Shown here: positions 59,901 through 64,000 of the stretch, piece after piece
Numbering within the stretch: position 1 is the stretch's first letter
Layout: each line of letters begins with the position of its first letter
Assembly: GCA_963836185.1 (NCBI GenBank)
Contig: CAWIIQ010000001.1
Span: 896,001 to 960,000 of the forward strand
Reading direction: 5' to 3'
DNA length: 64,000 nucleotides
Source of the DNA: Candidatus Krumholzibacteriia bacterium
GTDB lineage: Bacteria > Krumholzibacteriota > Krumholzibacteriia > Krumholzibacteriales > Krumholzibacteriaceae
Translations under genes and position numbers: made by a program
Notes under the pieces: model-generated
Told to the model about the DNA's origin: nothing
Databases searched by the model: none
Seen by the model: the letters and a program-made list of their open reading frames with translations, nothing else

Positions 59901-62900
59901 GTCGTGCTTCCCGGTGAGAGATCCTCCGGCGGCACAGATATCCAACTCTCTATATATGAAGATACTCGATGCATACAGCGGTACGCAGCGGCAGAGGCTG
60001 GCCGGCAGGTTCCAGCATTCAGCTGCCTGGGAACTCGAGGATGCCTTCGCAATCTCGCCCACGGGTGACTTTGCCGTGGTGGGAGGATCGACAGGAGAGA
60101 TAGGTATCATCGATATCGATCCGGACAGCCCCTACTTCAATACCCTGATCAACAGCTTTCCGACTGGCTGCTGACGAAGTCGCTGACGTTACGATTACTC
60201 CTGACGGCGAACGGGCCTTCGCCGCGGTTCCGAGTGATTCGGTATACATCAGGGCCTACAACGTGAACCGATCACTCGGGATACGTACGGGAAGCCTGTC
60301 GGTGAGATCCACTTCAACGAGCAGGGATACTATATCGGACGGATCAACCGGATAGAGGTCAGTCCCGACGGGGAACTTCTTCTGGCGACCGACTTCGAGG
60401 TCGGCGTGGTATTTGTCATAGATATCAGGTCAGGCTCGACGACGGAGTACGATATTCTGACAGTCTCTCGATCTGAGACAGGTGTACGGGTATAGCGTTC
60501 CATCCATCCGGCACGCACGCCTATCTCACTGATTCCGGCTCGAACTCTGTCCAGGTCCTCGATATCGATCCGCTAAGCCTGCACTACCTGACCCTGGTCG
60601 GATACGTGACCTTCCCCGGAGCACCGGCATCCGGTCGGACAGGACCTCGATTTCCTGCCTGACGGGTCCGAATGCAAGGTCCTGACGGTAAATATTGACT
60701 GGGTATACGAGAAGAGGGAGCTCTTCACGATCGATACGAGCGATCCTGCTTTTCCCATTCTCGACCCTGACCCGATCGAGATACCTGTGGGTTCACGCTA
60801 TAACAACCTTGAGAAGATCGATGTCTCACCGAAGAGGTGACAGGGCGATGGTCCAGATAACCCAGGGTGGATATTACAACATCGACCTTACAGCCTATCC
60901 CGATACGATACTGGGGGGACTGCTTGATATGTCGGTCATGCTGGTCACCGATTTCGCCTATACGCCTGACGGATCGAGGCTGTATGTATCAGGCGTCTTC
61001 CCCGACAGCATCTATATATATGATTACACCGATGCGGCATACATCTATCATCAATTCAGGTAACCTGCAGACCGGAGTGGTCGACCAGATCCTGCCTGCC
61101 CCGCTGCAGGTACTGGTGACAGGTGACGATCAGAAATCCCTGTTGAAGGTGTTCCGGTCACGTTCAATGCTGAAAACGGTTACTTCCCGGCTGCAGCGGG
61201 TGGGGTGATATCTAGAGTCGTTGCGACGGACGTGACGGGATATGCCTCGGTCGAATGGACTCTCGGTGCAACCGAGGGCCTGCAGCATGCCAATGTCCAG
61301 GCAGAGGGACTTGATCGGGCTCCGCTGACATTCGAGGCGAACGGTATAGCCGATCCGGGGACACTGCCCCTTTCGGTCGCGCAGGTGCTGCCGTTCCCGT
61401 TCCAGAACGGCGTAAGCGTAACGACCGGGGTACAGGTGACTTTCAACAGGCCGGTCGATCCGGCGACGATAACAAGCAGCACGTTCTATCTGCACGTCGA
61501 TGGAGCGGCGACACCCGTGACGGCCCTGAACGGTTACGCCGACAGCAACAGGAAGGTGGCGCTTCTGCCTTCAGCTCCCCTCGACTACAACGCCTTTTAC
61601 CTCGTAGAGTATACGAGCGGGGTGCAGGATGCAGAGGGCGGGCCGTTGACCACGCCGGGTGTCTCCGAGTTCTTCACACAGGCAAAGCCGGTGATGCAGA
61701 TAACCTCGATAAGTCCGCCGAGCGCTGCCGCCGGAGTGAACCTGCTGATCTCGGGCGTGGGATTCGAGCCTCTTGCGAGCGACCATACCGTGCTGTTCAA
61801 CGATGAGGAAGCGGTGCCCTATGAAGCGGGCGCCGGCTATCTGAAGGTGAGAGTGCCTCTCGATGCCATACCCGGAGACGTCAGGGTAGCGGCGGCAGGG
61901 GATACTTCAAACGCTCTGCCTTTCACCGTGCTCGTTCCGAGTACATCTCCCGTCGATGAGGTGCTTGCTACGATCGGGACCGGAACGACGACAAAGAGCG
62001 TGACAGTGACGCCGGACGGCGCCATGGCATACTCGGTCAGTCCTGATGGCGATGTCGTCATACCTATCGACATCAATGGTCAGAACACCTATCCGAGTAT
62101 ATCTGTCGGTGACAACCCGATAGCGATCGCGATACATCCGGACGGCAACTACGCATACGTAGCGAACTTCGGTTCCGCTTCGGTGAGCGTCATCTGCGTC
62201 GATCCCGATTCAGCCGGTATATTCAACACGGTCGTCACTACGATCAATGTCGGGACGAATCCTCTGGATGTCGCCCTGCATCCCAACGGCGACAGGGTAT
62301 ATGTCGCTAATGCCGGTTCGAGCAACCTGAGCGTCATCGACGGCGACACGGGGAGCGCGACACATCACTCGGTACTGGCCACGGTCGGTACGGGAACGTC
62401 GGCGAAGAGTGTGACGGTCACGCCAGACGGGACGAGGATCTTTGTCGGGACAGATACCGGTTACGTCATCATCGATTCCCTCACAAACGGCGTGACTGCC
62501 ACGGTGGGCACCGGAACCTCGACGAGAAGCGTTACTATCACACCGGATGGAGCGCTGCTCGTCCTTCTGACGACAGAGGGTGATATCCTGCTGATCGACG
62601 TCCAGCCGGGGAGCTCGACGGAGAACCAGGTGCTGGCGACGGTAGGGACCGGGACGACGACAAGGGCGGTAACGGTCAGCCCTGACGGAGCCCTTCTGTA
62701 TATCATTCTGGAGGATTCCGACTACGTGATCGTCTACTCGATCGAGACGCTCGGTTCGGTCGGCGTGCTTGAGCCCGGCATCAGCTATCCGCCGCCGGAG
62801 ATACAGGTTACCCTGATAGATTCGATCCTGGCCGGATCGAGCCCGGCAGATATCGCCTTCGATCCTTCCGGATCGGGAACGGCGATAATAACGAACGCCG

Positions 62901-64000
62901 GTGATATGACGGTAACGATAGTCAACGCCTCTTCGGTTCCGACCGGACCGATCGAGGTCGAGCTTTATATCACGCCGAGAACACTCAACCTCGATTCGAA
63001 GGGCCGCTGGATAACGGCTCACATCGAATTCCCGGAGGCGTACTTCGCTCAGGAGGTCGACATCTCCTCGATCCTGCTCCAGGACGAGATTCCAGCCGAA
63101 CCCGACAAGTGGGCGATCGAGGATTGCGACAATGACGGGATCGGCGAATTGATGGTCAAGTTCTGCCGCGCCGCTTTCCAGGAGGTCATGCCGCAGGGTG
63201 AGCGCGTGCCCGTGACTCTTACCGGTATTATCCGCGGGAGGGAGTTCGCCGGAGAGGACACGATCCGTACGATCCGGCCCACGGTAAACCATCCTTCGGG
63301 CTGTGCCATCACTCCTGGCGTACCGGTGACCGTGAGATGGACGTCGCCGGCAGGATACAGTGTCGATCACGTGGATGTCCACTGGACGCACGATGACGGC
63401 GAGACATGGATGCCGGTTGCCGAGGGCATAGCCGACATCGGATATACGCTGTGGATCACTCCCATCGAGCAGTATGACGACTGCCGCGTGATGGTCACCC
63501 TCTACAAGGAGAACGGTGAGGATATCGGCATAGGTATGAGTCCCGATCAGTTCATCATCGCCTTCCCGGTCGCCGTGGCGATATCGAGGTTCCATGGTGA
63601 AGCGGGCGAGGGCGGCGTCGTGTTGAAGTGGGAGACTTCGTCCGAGGTCAACACGACAGGATTCAACCTCCTTCGCTCGGAGGAAGAGGACGGCGACTAC
63701 GATCTGGTCACGAAGGAGTATGTGCCGGCCAAGGGGCTTGCTTCGGGAGCTGACTATGAGTACAGCGATGAAGAGGTCTCCATCAACACGACATACTGGT
63801 ATGTGCTCAAGGAGGTCTCGGGCGAGGATTCCAAGCTCGTCTTCGGGCCGTACAAGGTGATCGTGAAGGCGCCGTTCGCTCTTTCGCAGAACATGCCCAA
63901 CCCGTTCAACCCGTCCACGATGATCAGGTTCACCGTACCCGAAGACAGCGACGTCAACCTGACCGTGTACGATGTCTCCGGCCGCAGGGTGAAGACACTC
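56986..64000 (+). CDS. Giant secreted multidomain protein: matrixin-like metalloprotease, Ig-like (Big_5, IPT/TIG), YVTN-type propellers, C-terminal T9SS/FlgD-type domain. Broken by a TAG at 58801 and several indels around 58850-61200; runs off the window
   Basis: DADGDGVPD Ca-binding loop; HEAGHLFGIAH with Met-turn STMF; PPTVVSITP; repeated P..IA..PDG..AYVAN; LSQNMPNPFNPST near 63880-63920. Confidence 0.8.

Overview
A 64 kb GC-rich bacterial chromosomal segment. The C-terminal 'NxPNPFNP' sorting domain, the 'STWGxIK' C-terminal motif and the overall gene content suggest an FCB-associated anaerobe such as Krumholzibacteriota or Latescibacterota; this is an inference. Much of the window is housekeeping: hypF/hypE, guaB, cdaA-folP-ftsH-hpt-tilS, ilvC, gltX, four tRNAs, a polyamine operon, nth, nfo, trxB and mscL. 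Four things stand out. (1) A minus-strand operon (ArsR, DUF302, then two unannotated micro-ORFs) in which both micro-ORFs have an in-frame UGA followed by a 7-bp hairpin at +16/+17, so they look like two tandem selenoproteins. (2) A sigma54-type promoter ahead of a degenerate chemosensory cassette: an MCP-like protein, a CheA-like protein lacking its phospho-His, an HTH protein, and one dead plus one intact HD-GYP protein. (3) A structured intergenic RNA candidate between that cassette and cdaA. (4) A sensor kinase/NarL pair with matching palindromic boxes upstream of a neighbouring lipoprotein gene. Several long genes are frameshifted, most likely from assembly indels. No CRISPR array, integrase, transposase or rRNA was seen.
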